From a virus (taxonomy: Duplodnaviria; Caudoviricetes), in IMG/VR virus record IMGVR_UViG_3300030012_004344, positions 1 to 34,166 of that record: a stretch of 34,166 bases of DNA. One strand, given 5' to 3'. Shown piece after piece: positions 18,431 through 27,058 of the stretch. The stretch's first letter is position 1. Each line of letters starts with the position of its first letter. The notes beneath the pieces are model-generated. The model searched no databases, was not told where the DNA came from, and saw nothing but the letters and a program-made list of their open reading frames with translations. A program made the position numbers and the translations under genes.

Positions 18431-19041
18431 CAGGTTATTTCAAAGTTTAAATCCGCAATATTTTCAATCTCCTTAAGTTCTTCAATCTCCTCAACCACTC
18501 GTGGTTTCTTAATGGCATTAACTTGTGGTGGTAAATTTGGATCAATACCTAAATTTTGCAATGACACTTGAGGCACATTTCTTCCCTTTCCTCCACCTTT
18601 TTGTACACCTTTACATGTTTTTAAACCAGGTGTGCTGACATTATCGTTTTCATTAAATTCTTGTCCACCTAATATTCCCTCTGTGCTTCCATTTGTAAAT
18701 CCTTTTGTCTGATCAAATTTACCATCACCTATTTCATCACTTTTTGTTCTTGGTAAAACACCATCAATTATGGGTGCCATATTGTCATCAGCAAGAAATC
18801 TACCTATTACAGTATCACCTTGAGATATTCTCGGTGTTTGCATCATTTCTCTTGCTCCACTACCAGCAGTGGCAGGTAATAAAACCATCGCGTATACAAC
18901 ATCCCTATCTTCAATTCCATCTTGTTCAGAGTAATGATCTAAAATACGAACCTTGTATCTCCATCCCCAACCTTGACCAGTGACTTGATCTGCTTGATTA
19001 TCAAAAGATACGACTTTTCCTATGAAAACGTTATTATTCAT
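18430..19041 (-). CDS. gp5-like N-terminal OB-fold baseplate hub protein
   Basis: FIGKVV...GWRYKVRILDHY...AMVLLPATAGSG...GDTVIGRFLADDNMAPIIDGVL matches the gp5/VgrG OB-fold pattern. It follows the hub gene. Confidence 0.75.
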   Translation of the reverse strand: MNNNVFIGKVVSFDNQADQVTGQGWGWRYKVRILDHYSEQDGIEDRDVVYAMVLLPATAGSGAREMMQTPRISQGDTVIGRFLADDNMAPIIDGVLPRTKSDEIGDGKFDQTKGFTNGSTEGILGGQEFNENDNVSTPGLKTCKGVQKGGGKGRNVPQVSLQNLGIDPNLPPQVNAIKKPRVVEEIEELKEIENIADLNFEIT

Positions 19042-20306
19042 TTTTTACTTACGTGTAAACCATATGTATCACGAGCGAGTGTTAATGATGTCACTGATTT
19101 ATTAGAGTCAAAATAATGACACAAATGTAAAATAAGATATTTACCACTCTGTCTCTTATCTATACCTTCACTACATTTTTCATCTGCCAAAGCTTCAATT
19201 TCAAGTTTGATAACATCACCTGCTCTTAATTCAATATTACATGGAACCATTATTTCAACAATTTGAGAATGAAGTATATTATATCTCATTGATGATTTTG
19301 CTTGCCATTCTGCTGGAGTATTATTAATAGATGTGCTAACTCCAACTTTATAACTTCCAACATCAAGAATGTGTATATTTGTTAGATTAAAACCTTGTAA
19401 TTCTAATTCTACATCTTCACTATTACCGAGTGCTTGGTCAATGCCACCCGTATCACTAATTTTGTAAATTTTTTCTACATACTTTTTATTAAAAGGATTA
19501 AAGAAAATATTACGACTCGCATATGTCCCTGATTCAATCGCTTGAATCACATCTTGATCCTTAAGAAAATTTGGTGCTTTTAAAATTTTAAAATCGTTTT
19601 CATCACCTTTTTGATCTGCTCTAAAGGAACCATTATAAACATAAACTTGTTTTGGTTCTTGTGATACTAGAGAATTAATTGATTTAAAATTAAATCCATC
19701 TTGAGTTTCATAGAAAAAATAACCAGGATCACCCTTGACAGGGACAGCTTTTCTTGCTAGATCTGTAATTAATTCAAAAGCAGTTTTACCCTTTCCTGTG
19801 AAATCATACATATTTTTTGTTGCTTCAATATCAAAATAATCAGAATCGATACCTAATTTCTTTTTTAAAATTGTAGATACTGAATCGCTAATGGTTAGAT
19901 TACTGTACTTATCAAATATGGCAGAAGTTTTGTTTTTCATTTCCCATTTTGAAACTAAATCCAATAATATTGCCTCACGATTAGATTCTCTACCGATTTG
20001 GGGAGCTGCTTTTACCTTCATCCCTGAATTTGAATTTTTCCTATTAAAATCTAAAGTTCCATATTTTGTTTCTATTTTAAAAGTAAAATCTTCATTACCA
20101 GATATTTTGTGTAAATTTTTCGCAGATTCAGAGGATTCAACATATGTGACACTTGCTGTAACTGCTGGTGAGTATACACTTTCATAATAACTGAAACTTG
20201 TAACCTTTCCATTTACACTTCTTGTGAAAGATTGTCTCTTTCTCTTTTTTGTACGAGAGATAACAATCTCCTCATATTTTGATGCTGCAGCTGCTGCGTT
20301 TGCCAT
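19038..20306 (-). CDS. Baseplate hub protein (gp27 / late-control-D-like)
   Basis: 422 aa with YYESVYSP, GYFFYETQDGFNFKSI and VPCNIELRAGDVI...SGKYLILHLCHYF...T.LTLARD. It lies between the tape-measure-like and gp5-like genes. Confidence 0.72.
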   Translation of the reverse strand: MANAAAAASKYEEIVISRTKKRKRQSFTRSVNGKVTSFSYYESVYSPAVTASVTYVESSESAKNLHKISGNEDFTFKIETKYGTLDFNRKNSNSGMKVKAAPQIGRESNREAILLDLVSKWEMKNKTSAIFDKYSNLTISDSVSTILKKKLGIDSDYFDIEATKNMYDFTGKGKTAFELITDLARKAVPVKGDPGYFFYETQDGFNFKSINSLVSQEPKQVYVYNGSFRADQKGDENDFKILKAPNFLKDQDVIQAIESGTYASRNIFFNPFNKKYVEKIYKISDTGGIDQALGNSEDVELELQGFNLTNIHILDVGSYKVGVSTSINNTPAEWQAKSSMRYNILHSQIVEIMVPCNIELRAGDVIKLEIEALADEKCSEGIDKRQSGKYLILHLCHYFDSNKSVTSLTLARDTYGLHVSKK

Positions 20307-21355
20307 TATGATTTACCTCCTACAGGTACAGGATTATCGACAGGAACAATTTTTTCAATGGTTTTCGTAGCGACAATAATCTTTGTATTTGTTTTTGTGT
20401 TTGTTGATTTGGATTTTATTGTATCAATTCTTTGACTCTGATCATTTGATTTAATCATCACTGTTCGATTTATAATACCAAGAGCTTTTTCGTAAAAGGT
20501 TATTTTTCGATTGACTCCAGATATTTTATTAATATCACCTGATTTTATATATTCATCTTTCCTTATATAAGCTGCAGCAAGTTTTTTTTCTAATTCAGAT
20601 TTTTTATCTGATAATTTAAATCTCTTACGATCCTCTTCAGGTAATACACCCTCACCATCTCTTTCAGTTGAATCTAATTTTACATCTGATCCAGATCCCC
20701 TTGAAATAGTAGTTTTTTTATCCTCTGGATCTTTTTCTATTTTTGTATTATTTTCTTTACCAATAGATTTGTTAAAATCTTTATTTTCATTTACATTATC
20801 AGACCCTTTTTCTTCTTCTTTCGTGGATTCACCACCAAATTCCTCTGTCTCTTTATCAACAACATCAAGATTTTTGTTCAGTGTTTCTACCTCTTTGTTT
20901 ATCTCTTGTTTTCTTTTATCTTGATCTTCAAAATTAACACCTGTAAAAAATTCAGTTATATTTTTAAGACCTGTGCCAACTATTTGCAGTGTCTTAAATG
21001 CAAAATTAATCAAATTTTTATTTCGCTCCTTCCACTCTTTAAATTTTTCTATCAAACCTGGCAATGCTGTAATTAATTGACCTATTAATATTGTTGCACC
21101 AAATTGAATTACCTTCTCAAAAAATCCCATCACACTTTTAGCAGCATTTTTAGCTGCATCACCTACTTTCTGAATTGGTGATCTTTTTAATGTTAATTTT
21201 TCCTCTTTTTCTTTAACTTTTTGTTGTTGAATTTGTTTTTCTATCAATGATTTTTTTTCGGCACGTATGTCTGCAAGAGTCTTATTCGCATCAGTTAAAC
21301 TACTACGAAGATTAGTTACATTTATTTTTAATTTTTTTACTTTTTCTTTTAACAT
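20306..21355 (-). CDS. Tape-measure-like / tail-associated coiled-coil protein
   Basis: 349 aa: a K/E-rich coiled coil, then a hydrophobic helix (FFEKVIQFGATILIGQLITALP). The layout parallels the upstream gene. Confidence 0.55.
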   Translation of the reverse strand: MLKEKVKKLKINVTNLRSSLTDANKTLADIRAEKKSLIEKQIQQQKVKEKEEKLTLKRSPIQKVGDAAKNAAKSVMGFFEKVIQFGATILIGQLITALPGLIEKFKEWKERNKNLINFAFKTLQIVGTGLKNITEFFTGVNFEDQDKRKQEINKEVETLNKNLDVVDKETEEFGGESTKEEEKGSDNVNENKDFNKSIGKENNTKIEKDPEDKKTTISRGSGSDVKLDSTERDGEGVLPEEDRKRFKLSDKKSELEKKLAAAYIRKDEYIKSGDINKISGVNRKITFYEKALGIINRTVMIKSNDQSQRIDTIKSKSTNTKTNTKIIVATKTIEKIVPVDNPVPVGGKS

Positions 21356-21356
21356 A

Positions 21357-22889
21357 TTATACCTTTATTTTATATTTTTCTTTTATCTTATTCATGTATG
21401 GATTCAATACGTTCACAGAATTTATATCTTCCATAATATTTGTTATACCAAGAGATAATGGAGGTTGTTCTGGCATTTTATCTTTTTCCGTGCCTAAATC
21501 CATTTGGACTATCTCTGTAGTACCCTCTCCCACAGGTCCCAATTTACTTACAATATCTTCGGTTTGTTTATTTGGAATAATAGTTCCAGCAGTATTTGGT
21601 TTAAATATTTCCGCTCCACGTTCACCGACAAGATATGATTTATCTTTAGAAACTGATCCTCCAGTCTCTCTTGCTTCCATATTACTAGCATCATTCACAT
21701 CTTTCGCGACTAAAGCAGCATCAGCAGCGAGTGATACAGCGGTTCCAACACCAGGTATCATAGATGCAGCACCAGATCCTAGTTCTAATAACGCACCGCC
21801 CCAGTCACCTTTTCTCATTCTATCAATTGCAAATACAGCACCCAATCCAAGACCCACAAATGGTATTTTCTTAAGAAGAGATTTAGCACCTGCCTTCCCC
21901 GCAGTTTTTGTTAAAGTTTTTGCAGCGATCTTCTTTCCTGTTTTTGCGATTACTTTTTTTCCAATATTTTTAGAAGTCGTACCTGTTATTTTTGCTGCTA
22001 TCTTACCTGCTTTTTTACCACCGACAGCGATACTTAATCTTGTAATTGCCTTACCAAGTTTCGGTCCATACTTGAATATTGATTTTGCAAGTCTAAAAGC
22101 ATTTCTGATTACCTTTATTACACCTCGAATCGCTTTGACTATTTTCATAATCTTTCGGATTGCCAGTGCAACACCTACAAGAACGACTCCACCAACTAAC
22201 CATTTAAAATTATTAACAACCCAATCAAAAACCTTTTCTAATTTTTTTCGATTCGCCTCATCCGACAACCAACTAAAAGCACCAGTGACTAATTGACCTG
22301 CAAAAATTGTTAATAGAAATTCTTTTATCTTATCAAATAAACCTACCGCTGGTTGTAAAAGTTTCTTTGTAGTTTCTTTAATACCTGTAAATAAACTTTT
22401 TCTCTTTCCCTCTAATTTTTGCTCTTCCTCTTTACGACCTTCTTTTTCTAGTTTTGTTCTTAAATTATCATTTTCCTGCTGTCCTTGATCAATTCTAAAT
22501 GCAAAATCTTTTGCAAGCACACTACTAATACTTTGTATTGCAAGTGAAATTTCGTCAATATCAGATCCCTGTGCTCGATTATTTCGACTTACTTTCAATA
22601 TATCTTTTAACTTTGTTATTTTAAATGAGTTAATCGAAATCTTTTTTTCTATCTTTGCAATTATATCAAAAATATTTTCATCTTGAGTTTCAGTCTGCTG
22701 TAAATTTTCAGTCGTAAGTGCTCCACTAGGACTTGGTATTATAGAACCACCTCTTAAGGATCCAAGACCACCACCACTTTTTTTTACTATTGCACTACCA
22801 CCTCCATCACCCCCAGTGAATATACTCTTGAGGTTTGTTACATTTAGTTTTACGTTTGAAGGAATGACTTCAGGATTAATGGCTTCCAC
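21357..22889 (-). CDS. Tape-measure-like protein with membrane segments (GTG start)
   Basis: 510 aa with a coiled coil, hydrophobic helices and G/A-rich KKIPFVGLGLG / IPGVGTAVS repeats. It carries RETGGSV...YLVGERGAEIFKP (about 21598-21671), a motif common at tape-measure C-termini. Confidence 0.65.
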   Translation of the reverse strand: MEAINPEVIPSNVKLNVTNLKSIFTGGDGGGSAIVKKSGGGLGSLRGGSIIPSPSGALTTENLQQTETQDENIFDIIAKIEKKISINSFKITKLKDILKVSRNNRAQGSDIDEISLAIQSISSVLAKDFAFRIDQGQQENDNLRTKLEKEGRKEEEQKLEGKRKSLFTGIKETTKKLLQPAVGLFDKIKEFLLTIFAGQLVTGAFSWLSDEANRKKLEKVFDWVVNNFKWLVGGVVLVGVALAIRKIMKIVKAIRGVIKVIRNAFRLAKSIFKYGPKLGKAITRLSIAVGGKKAGKIAAKITGTTSKNIGKKVIAKTGKKIAAKTLTKTAGKAGAKSLLKKIPFVGLGLGAVFAIDRMRKGDWGGALLELGSGAASMIPGVGTAVSLAADAALVAKDVNDASNMEARETGGSVSKDKSYLVGERGAEIFKPNTAGTIIPNKQTEDIVSKLGPVGEGTTEIVQMDLGTEKDKMPEQPPLSLGITNIMEDINSVNVLNPYMNKIKEKYKIKV

Positions 22890-23055
22890 TTTGTTGTGCT
22901 TTTAGGTTTTCCTCTTCAATGTATTGTTGTAGTAATGAAACGTAAATTTCACGTTCCCACGGAATCATATTTTCAATCTCCGTTAAAGAGTATTTATGAT
23001 GCTGAATCAAGGCAAAATTTATTTTATAGTATGACTCAAGATTCGTATGAGACAT
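22876..23055 (-). CDS. gp51: Baseplate hub assembly catalyst (gp51-like), 59 aa; missed by the ORF track
   Basis: Hand translation MSHTNLESYYKINFALIQHHKYSLTEIENMIPWEREIYVSLLQQYIEEENLKAQQSGSH contains the Y.INF.L.QHHKYSL.E.ENM.PWER.IY motif. Confidence 0.85.
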   Translation of the reverse strand: MSHTNLESYYKINFALIQHHKYSLTEIENMIPWEREIYVSLLQQYIEEENLKAQQSGSH

Positions 23056-23057
23056 AC

Positions 23058-23783
23058 CTAACTGAAAAAAGCAGCTAAACCCTCCAACACTACGTCAGAT
23101 TCAACTTTTGTTTTTGGATTTGTTATTTTAACTGTATGTGTAAGTTTTGGCATGGTTGCAAAGAAATTTTCAATTTCTTTAAATTGTTTTGTATTCAATT
23201 GCTCAACAAATTCTTCAAGTTCTTTCTTTGTTGAATCATTTGCACCCCAACTTTCTTCTGCATTATATATCATATCAATACAAGAAGTTACCATTCCCAT
23301 CGTTGTTGTTATATCAGAACTCGCACTTTCCGTTGTGTCAAAATTATTTTCTACAAATTGATTTAAGGATGGATACTTCATTTTCATAGAAAGTTCATCA
23401 TCAAGTTTAATAATATTTTTATGTGACTTATCTTTCTTAATTTTTATTGTATCAATGTCTATTTCAGTTGTAACTTGTGTTTTTTCATCATCAGGACATA
23501 ATAAATTTACTTCTATAGTTTCTCCAACTGACTTACCACGAACATTTAAGAACAAATATTCCATATCAAAGGTAGATAAATTACTTATTTTAACACCCTT
23601 CGTCATAATACAAGCATCTAATATTTCAACGATTGCGTTTGTAATCTGTTTCATATCCTCTGACTCAAGTGCCATTATAAGAATTTTCTCTTCACGAACA
23701 AGAAACGGACGATATTTTATTTTTTTACCAGTTGAAGGTAATACCAACTCATAAGTTGGCGTATTAATTTTAGGTAAAGGCAT
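23058..23783 (-). CDS. gp26: Baseplate hub subunit / assembly chaperone (gp26-like)
   Basis: MPLPKINTPTYEL.LPSTG..IKYRPFLVREEKIL...D.EYLFLNVRGKSVGE...LEGLAAFF. Confidence 0.88.
   Translation of the reverse strand: MPLPKINTPTYELVLPSTGKKIKYRPFLVREEKILIMALESEDMKQITNAIVEILDACIMTKGVKISNLSTFDMEYLFLNVRGKSVGETIEVNLLCPDDEKTQVTTEIDIDTIKIKKDKSHKNIIKLDDELSMKMKYPSLNQFVENNFDTTESASSDITTTMGMVTSCIDMIYNAEESWGANDSTKKELEEFVEQLNTKQFKEIENFFATMPKLTHTVKITNPKTKVESDVVLEGLAAFFS
23064..23085 (-). other. Candidate -1 programmed ribosomal frameshift signal (GGAGG - 10 nt - T TTT TTC)
   Basis: The minus strand reads TTG GAG GGT TTA GCT GCT TTT TTC AGT TAG GT ATG. The -1 frame TTT TTT CAG TTA GGT ATG continues without a stop into gp51. 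Confidence 0.55.
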
Positions 23784-23803
23784 AATGTCTGATACAATTC
23801 AGT

Positions 23804-24424
23804 TTAGTTATTTATACTACCTACGTCCATGATGTATCTGTCATAATTAAAACTAACAGTTACTTTAAGGATTTCAGCAGTACCATATGATACAGGTATA
23901 GAAGTTATAGATTTCGGAAATGCGTTTATAAATTGATAATCTAATCTTCTTCTAAAGTTCTTTTCAAATTTAGTTACATACATTGTATCACATTTATATG
24001 AATCTGGATACTGAACTCTACGATAAAATCCCTTTTGACTCTCACTCACATTAGAACCACTTGAAATATAATCCATCCAACCTTCAAAAATTCTCAAATT
24101 TGTATAATTTTCATCTATGTAAAATGTAAAATCTATGTCAGTATAAATTCTCGTGTGTGCAAATTCTTGAGGAACACCCATGAAATCACCTTTTACCTCT
24201 CCAGTTGTAAAGGCAGATGCTGGAAGAGATGCTTCATTACACAATATACCACTTTTTCTGGAAATAAAATCTCTTACATTTGCAATTCCCATTGATGAAA
24301 GATGATTTGTGACTGATGGTTTAAGTGTAGAAAAACTCACTTGAAAATAATTTGACTGTGCAAGAGGGGTCAATGCCTCTTTTGCACCAAACATGGTAAT
24401 GTTTCTAACTATAGGTTTTGACAC
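23804..24424 (-). CDS. Tail-tube-fold protein (gp54 baseplate tail-tube initiator / gp19-like), GTG start
   Basis: LCNEASLP...RIYTDIDFTFYIDENY...FEGWMDYI...INAFPKSITSIPVSYG...LKVTVSFNYDRY is the tail-tube-family pattern. Confidence 0.72.
   Translation of the reverse strand: MSKPIVRNITMFGAKEALTPLAQSNYFQVSFSTLKPSVTNHLSSMGIANVRDFISRKSGILCNEASLPASAFTTGEVKGDFMGVPQEFAHTRIYTDIDFTFYIDENYTNLRIFEGWMDYISSGSNVSESQKGFYRRVQYPDSYKCDTMYVTKFEKNFRRRLDYQFINAFPKSITSIPVSYGTAEILKVTVSFNYDRYIMDVGSINN
23809..23816 (-). promoter_or_regulatory. T4 late promoter, perfect consensus TATAAATA
   Basis: Lies 25 nt upstream of the gp26 ATG at 23783. Confidence 0.8.
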
Positions 24425-24425
24425 T

Positions 24426-24465
24426 CTAAATACCTATTAAGACTTTCTATATTATTTCTATTTAT
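24426..24465. promoter_or_regulatory. Overlapping pair of late promoters for two divergent genes (CTAAATA + at 24426-24432; ATAAATA - at 24459-24465)
   Basis: A 39-bp gap separates the divergent genes. Each motif abuts the start codon of the opposite gene. Confidence 0.65.
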
Positions 24466-24901
24466 GTCATATAAAGGTAAGTTTAGACCAACTTTCATTA
24501 AAAAGTACAAGGGAGATCCTACAAACATCATTTACAGATCATTGTGGGAGAAAAAATTCATGGTCTACTGTGATAAAAATACAAATGTATTAGAGTGGGG
24601 AAGTGAGGAGATCGCACTACCATATCGTTCTCCTGTTGATAACAAGATTCATAGATACTTTCCTGATTTTTATATTAAAGTGAGGGAATCTACTGGTCAT
24701 ATTAAAAAATACTTGATTGAAGTGAAACCTTTTAAACAAACAGTTGAACCTCAAGTTAAAAAAAGAAAAACAAAAGGATACATCTATGAAGTTTATGAGT
24801 ATGCTCGTAATCAAGCAAAGTGGAAAGCAGCAAGAGAATTTTGTAAAGATAGATTATGGGAATTTAAAGTCTTAACAGAAAATGAACTTGGAATCAAATG
24901 A
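24464..24901 (+). CDS. gp4: Head completion protein (TnsA-like nuclease fold)
   Basis: YKGDPTNIIYRSLWE...WGSEEI..PY.SPVD...HRYFPDF...IEVKP..QT...NQAKW.AA...F..LTE.EL. Confidence 0.92.
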   Translation: MSYKGKFRPTFIKKYKGDPTNIIYRSLWEKKFMVYCDKNTNVLEWGSEEIALPYRSPVDNKIHRYFPDFYIKVRESTGHIKKYLIEVKPFKQTVEPQVKKRKTKGYIYEVYEYARNQAKWKAAREFCKDRLWEFKVLTENELGIK

Positions 24902-25245
24902 GTCGAATCAGTCCAGTTTTAAATGAATTAATAGGTATAGAGGATCCTGATGTATTGATGGCAGAAATTCTTGAAGTATGCAGTGAAACAGAATCAGTTC
25001 CAAGTATTGGTAATTATTACACTTTCATATATCAACCAAAAACATCGAGTCTTCGTTATGACGCACATCCATTTGTTGCTGTCACAAATATATTTTCATG
25101 GGGTTTCAGTGGAATAAATTTTCATTGGGGGCAATCAAGGCAATATACCTTTGAAGAAGTGGTTGGAAGTCTACATAAAATTTACCCAAATGAGATTAGA
25201 GATTTACAAACACTGCCTTTTGGTAAAATACGTATAAATAGTTAA
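24898..25245 (+). CDS. Conserved cyanophage protein (resembles part of DNA end protector gp2)
   Basis: 115 aa with YTFIYQPKT...YDAHPFVAVT...GF.GINFHW. It overlaps the gp4 stop (ATGA). Confidence 0.6.
   Translation: MSRISPVLNELIGIEDPDVLMAEILEVCSETESVPSIGNYYTFIYQPKTSSLRYDAHPFVAVTNIFSWGFSGINFHWGQSRQYTFEEVVGSLHKIYPNEIRDLQTLPFGKIRINS
25233..25240 (+). promoter_or_regulatory. T4 late promoter, perfect consensus TATAAATA
   Basis: Lies 16 nt upstream of the gp48 ATG at 25257. Confidence 0.8.
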
Positions 25246-25256
25246 AAAAAATATAG

Positions 25257-26399
25257 ATGGCACGAGAAATCATAGGTTATAGGACTAATAGAAGAGGTAG
25301 AAGAGTCGCTATCTATGGAGATTCTAATCCGTCTGTAAATACTAATGTCACACCAAAACCAGTTGAGAAACTGACAGAGGGTGGAGATCAACCTGTCATA
25401 AAAAATAAAAATACAAATAATAGAACACAAAATAAACCAAAAAGAGCATCTGTTGGTGGAATATTAAGGTATCCATATGAAGCACTCACAGCACATACAG
25501 ATTATTTACAAATCGATATTGTAGAATATAAATCTGTTAAACAGAGTAGTGGTAGTTTAGTATCAAATCCAGCATCTGGTGGTCGTAGAATACAAGGTAG
25601 CAAAGTAGTTGGAAGCACAAGACCTAGAGGACTTGCAACGAAAGCGTTAAAAAACACGGGAACTATTTTATTACCAGTGCCCAATTCAGTACAGGATGGA
25701 AACTCGGTAGATTATGGTAGCAGTAAATTAGGAAGTTTACAAGCAACTGCAGCAACTGGAATCAGAAATTTAATGGATGCTGACTTTACGAAAGGTGCAG
25801 AGGCATATGGTGATCAGGTCAAACAATCTGTTGCAAAAGCAAAAAATGAATTTGTAGCTGGTGTCGGAGGTGCTGATACGGCTGCTGATATTTTAAAGAA
25901 ACAACTTACAACTCAAGCAGTTGGAATGTTAGGGGGGAACATAACTATCGATCAATTAATGGCAAGAGAGAATGGTGAAATATTTAATCCAAATATGGAA
26001 CTTTTATTTAATGGTCCTACATTAAGAAATTTTAAATTTTCATATAAAATGATGCCTCGAAACGAAAAAGAAGCAGAACAAGTCAGATTAATTATACGAT
26101 CATTAAAAAGTAACATGGCGGTAAAGACAAAAGCATCATCTGGTCAGGGTGGTTCATTTTTCTTAAAAACTCCAAACGTTTTTAATTTAAGATATCGAAC
26201 TGGTAATAGTGATCATCCTTTCCTACATAGATTCAAACAGTGTTTCTTAACTGATATATCAGTGAATTATACAGGAGAAGCATCACACATGACATACGCT
26301 GATGGAACACCAGTTTCAATGGTCATGGATTTAACATTCAAAGAACTTGAACCAATATATGATGTGGATTACGATGAAGATGGAGGAGTAGGTTTCTAA
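25257..26399 (+). CDS. gp48: Baseplate tail-tube cap
   Basis: ILLPVPNSVQDGNSVDY...NPNMELLFNGPTLRNFKFSYKMMPRNEKEA...CFLTDISVNYT...DGTPV...LTFKELEPIY. Confidence 0.88.
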   Translation: MAREIIGYRTNRRGRRVAIYGDSNPSVNTNVTPKPVEKLTEGGDQPVIKNKNTNNRTQNKPKRASVGGILRYPYEALTAHTDYLQIDIVEYKSVKQSSGSLVSNPASGGRRIQGSKVVGSTRPRGLATKALKNTGTILLPVPNSVQDGNSVDYGSSKLGSLQATAATGIRNLMDADFTKGAEAYGDQVKQSVAKAKNEFVAGVGGADTAADILKKQLTTQAVGMLGGNITIDQLMARENGEIFNPNMELLFNGPTLRNFKFSYKMMPRNEKEAEQVRLIIRSLKSNMAVKTKASSGQGGSFFLKTPNVFNLRYRTGNSDHPFLHRFKQCFLTDISVNYTGEASHMTYADGTPVSMVMDLTFKELEPIYDVDYDEDGGVGF

Positions 26400-27058
26400 T
26401 GAGTTTTTTCAGAGAATTTCCAAATTTAATTTATCCGTCATATATGTCGGATAATTTTTCATCTCTTAATACAATAGAGGTGAAAAATATTTTTCGTAGA
26501 ATTAAATTACGTGATGATTTAAAAAATAATTTTACTGTTTTTAATTATTATCAAATTCCAATGAATTATAGACCAGATATGGTTGCTGATGAAGAGTATG
26601 GATCACCAGAACTTGATTGGGTTGTTATATTAACAGCAGGTATCATAAATGTTAGAAATGAATGGCCTCTATCTGACAAAGAGATATATGACTTTGCACT
26701 TGAAAAATATGGAACTAACTTAAATAATGTAAAATATTACGAATCTAAAGAAATAAAAAATTCAGATGGACGAATCATACTACCAAAAGGTAAAATTGTT
26801 GATGAAGATTTTATATTTACTTACTTTGATGGTGGTCGTCAATCAGTTTCTGGAAAAAATATAAGAACTGGTATTAGTCACTATGAACATGAAACTCGTG
26901 AAAACAATAAAAAACGTCAAATACAAATTTTAAGACTTGAATATTTACAACAATTCCTGAATGATTTTAGAGATATCATGGTATATGATAAATCGTCGCA
27001 ATACGTTGATGAAACGACTGCGACGACTGAAAATTCCAACCTTATGAATTCTTATTAG
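26399..27058 (+). CDS. gp53: Baseplate wedge protein
   Basis: FFREFPNLIY...KNIFRR...RPDMVA..EYG..ELDWVV....I......WPLS...YEHE..ENNKKRQI.IL. Confidence 0.9.
   Translation: MSFFREFPNLIYPSYMSDNFSSLNTIEVKNIFRRIKLRDDLKNNFTVFNYYQIPMNYRPDMVADEEYGSPELDWVVILTAGIINVRNEWPLSDKEIYDFALEKYGTNLNNVKYYESKEIKNSDGRIILPKGKIVDEDFIFTYFDGGRQSVSGKNIRTGISHYEHETRENNKKRQIQILRLEYLQQFLNDFRDIMVYDKSSQYVDETTATTENSNLMNSY

Noticed and set aside
21394-22296. 300-aa plus-strand ORF
   Set aside because: It is the antisense shadow of the tape-measure-like gene, with no recognisable motif or expression signals.
22896-23078. 60-aa plus-strand ORF between gp26 and the tape-measure-like gene
   Set aside because: It is antisense to the real gp51 gene on the minus strand.
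24464-24901. TnsA-like nuclease as a transposon or homing endonuclease
   Set aside because: Sequence and gene order match head-completion gp4, and there are no terminal repeats.
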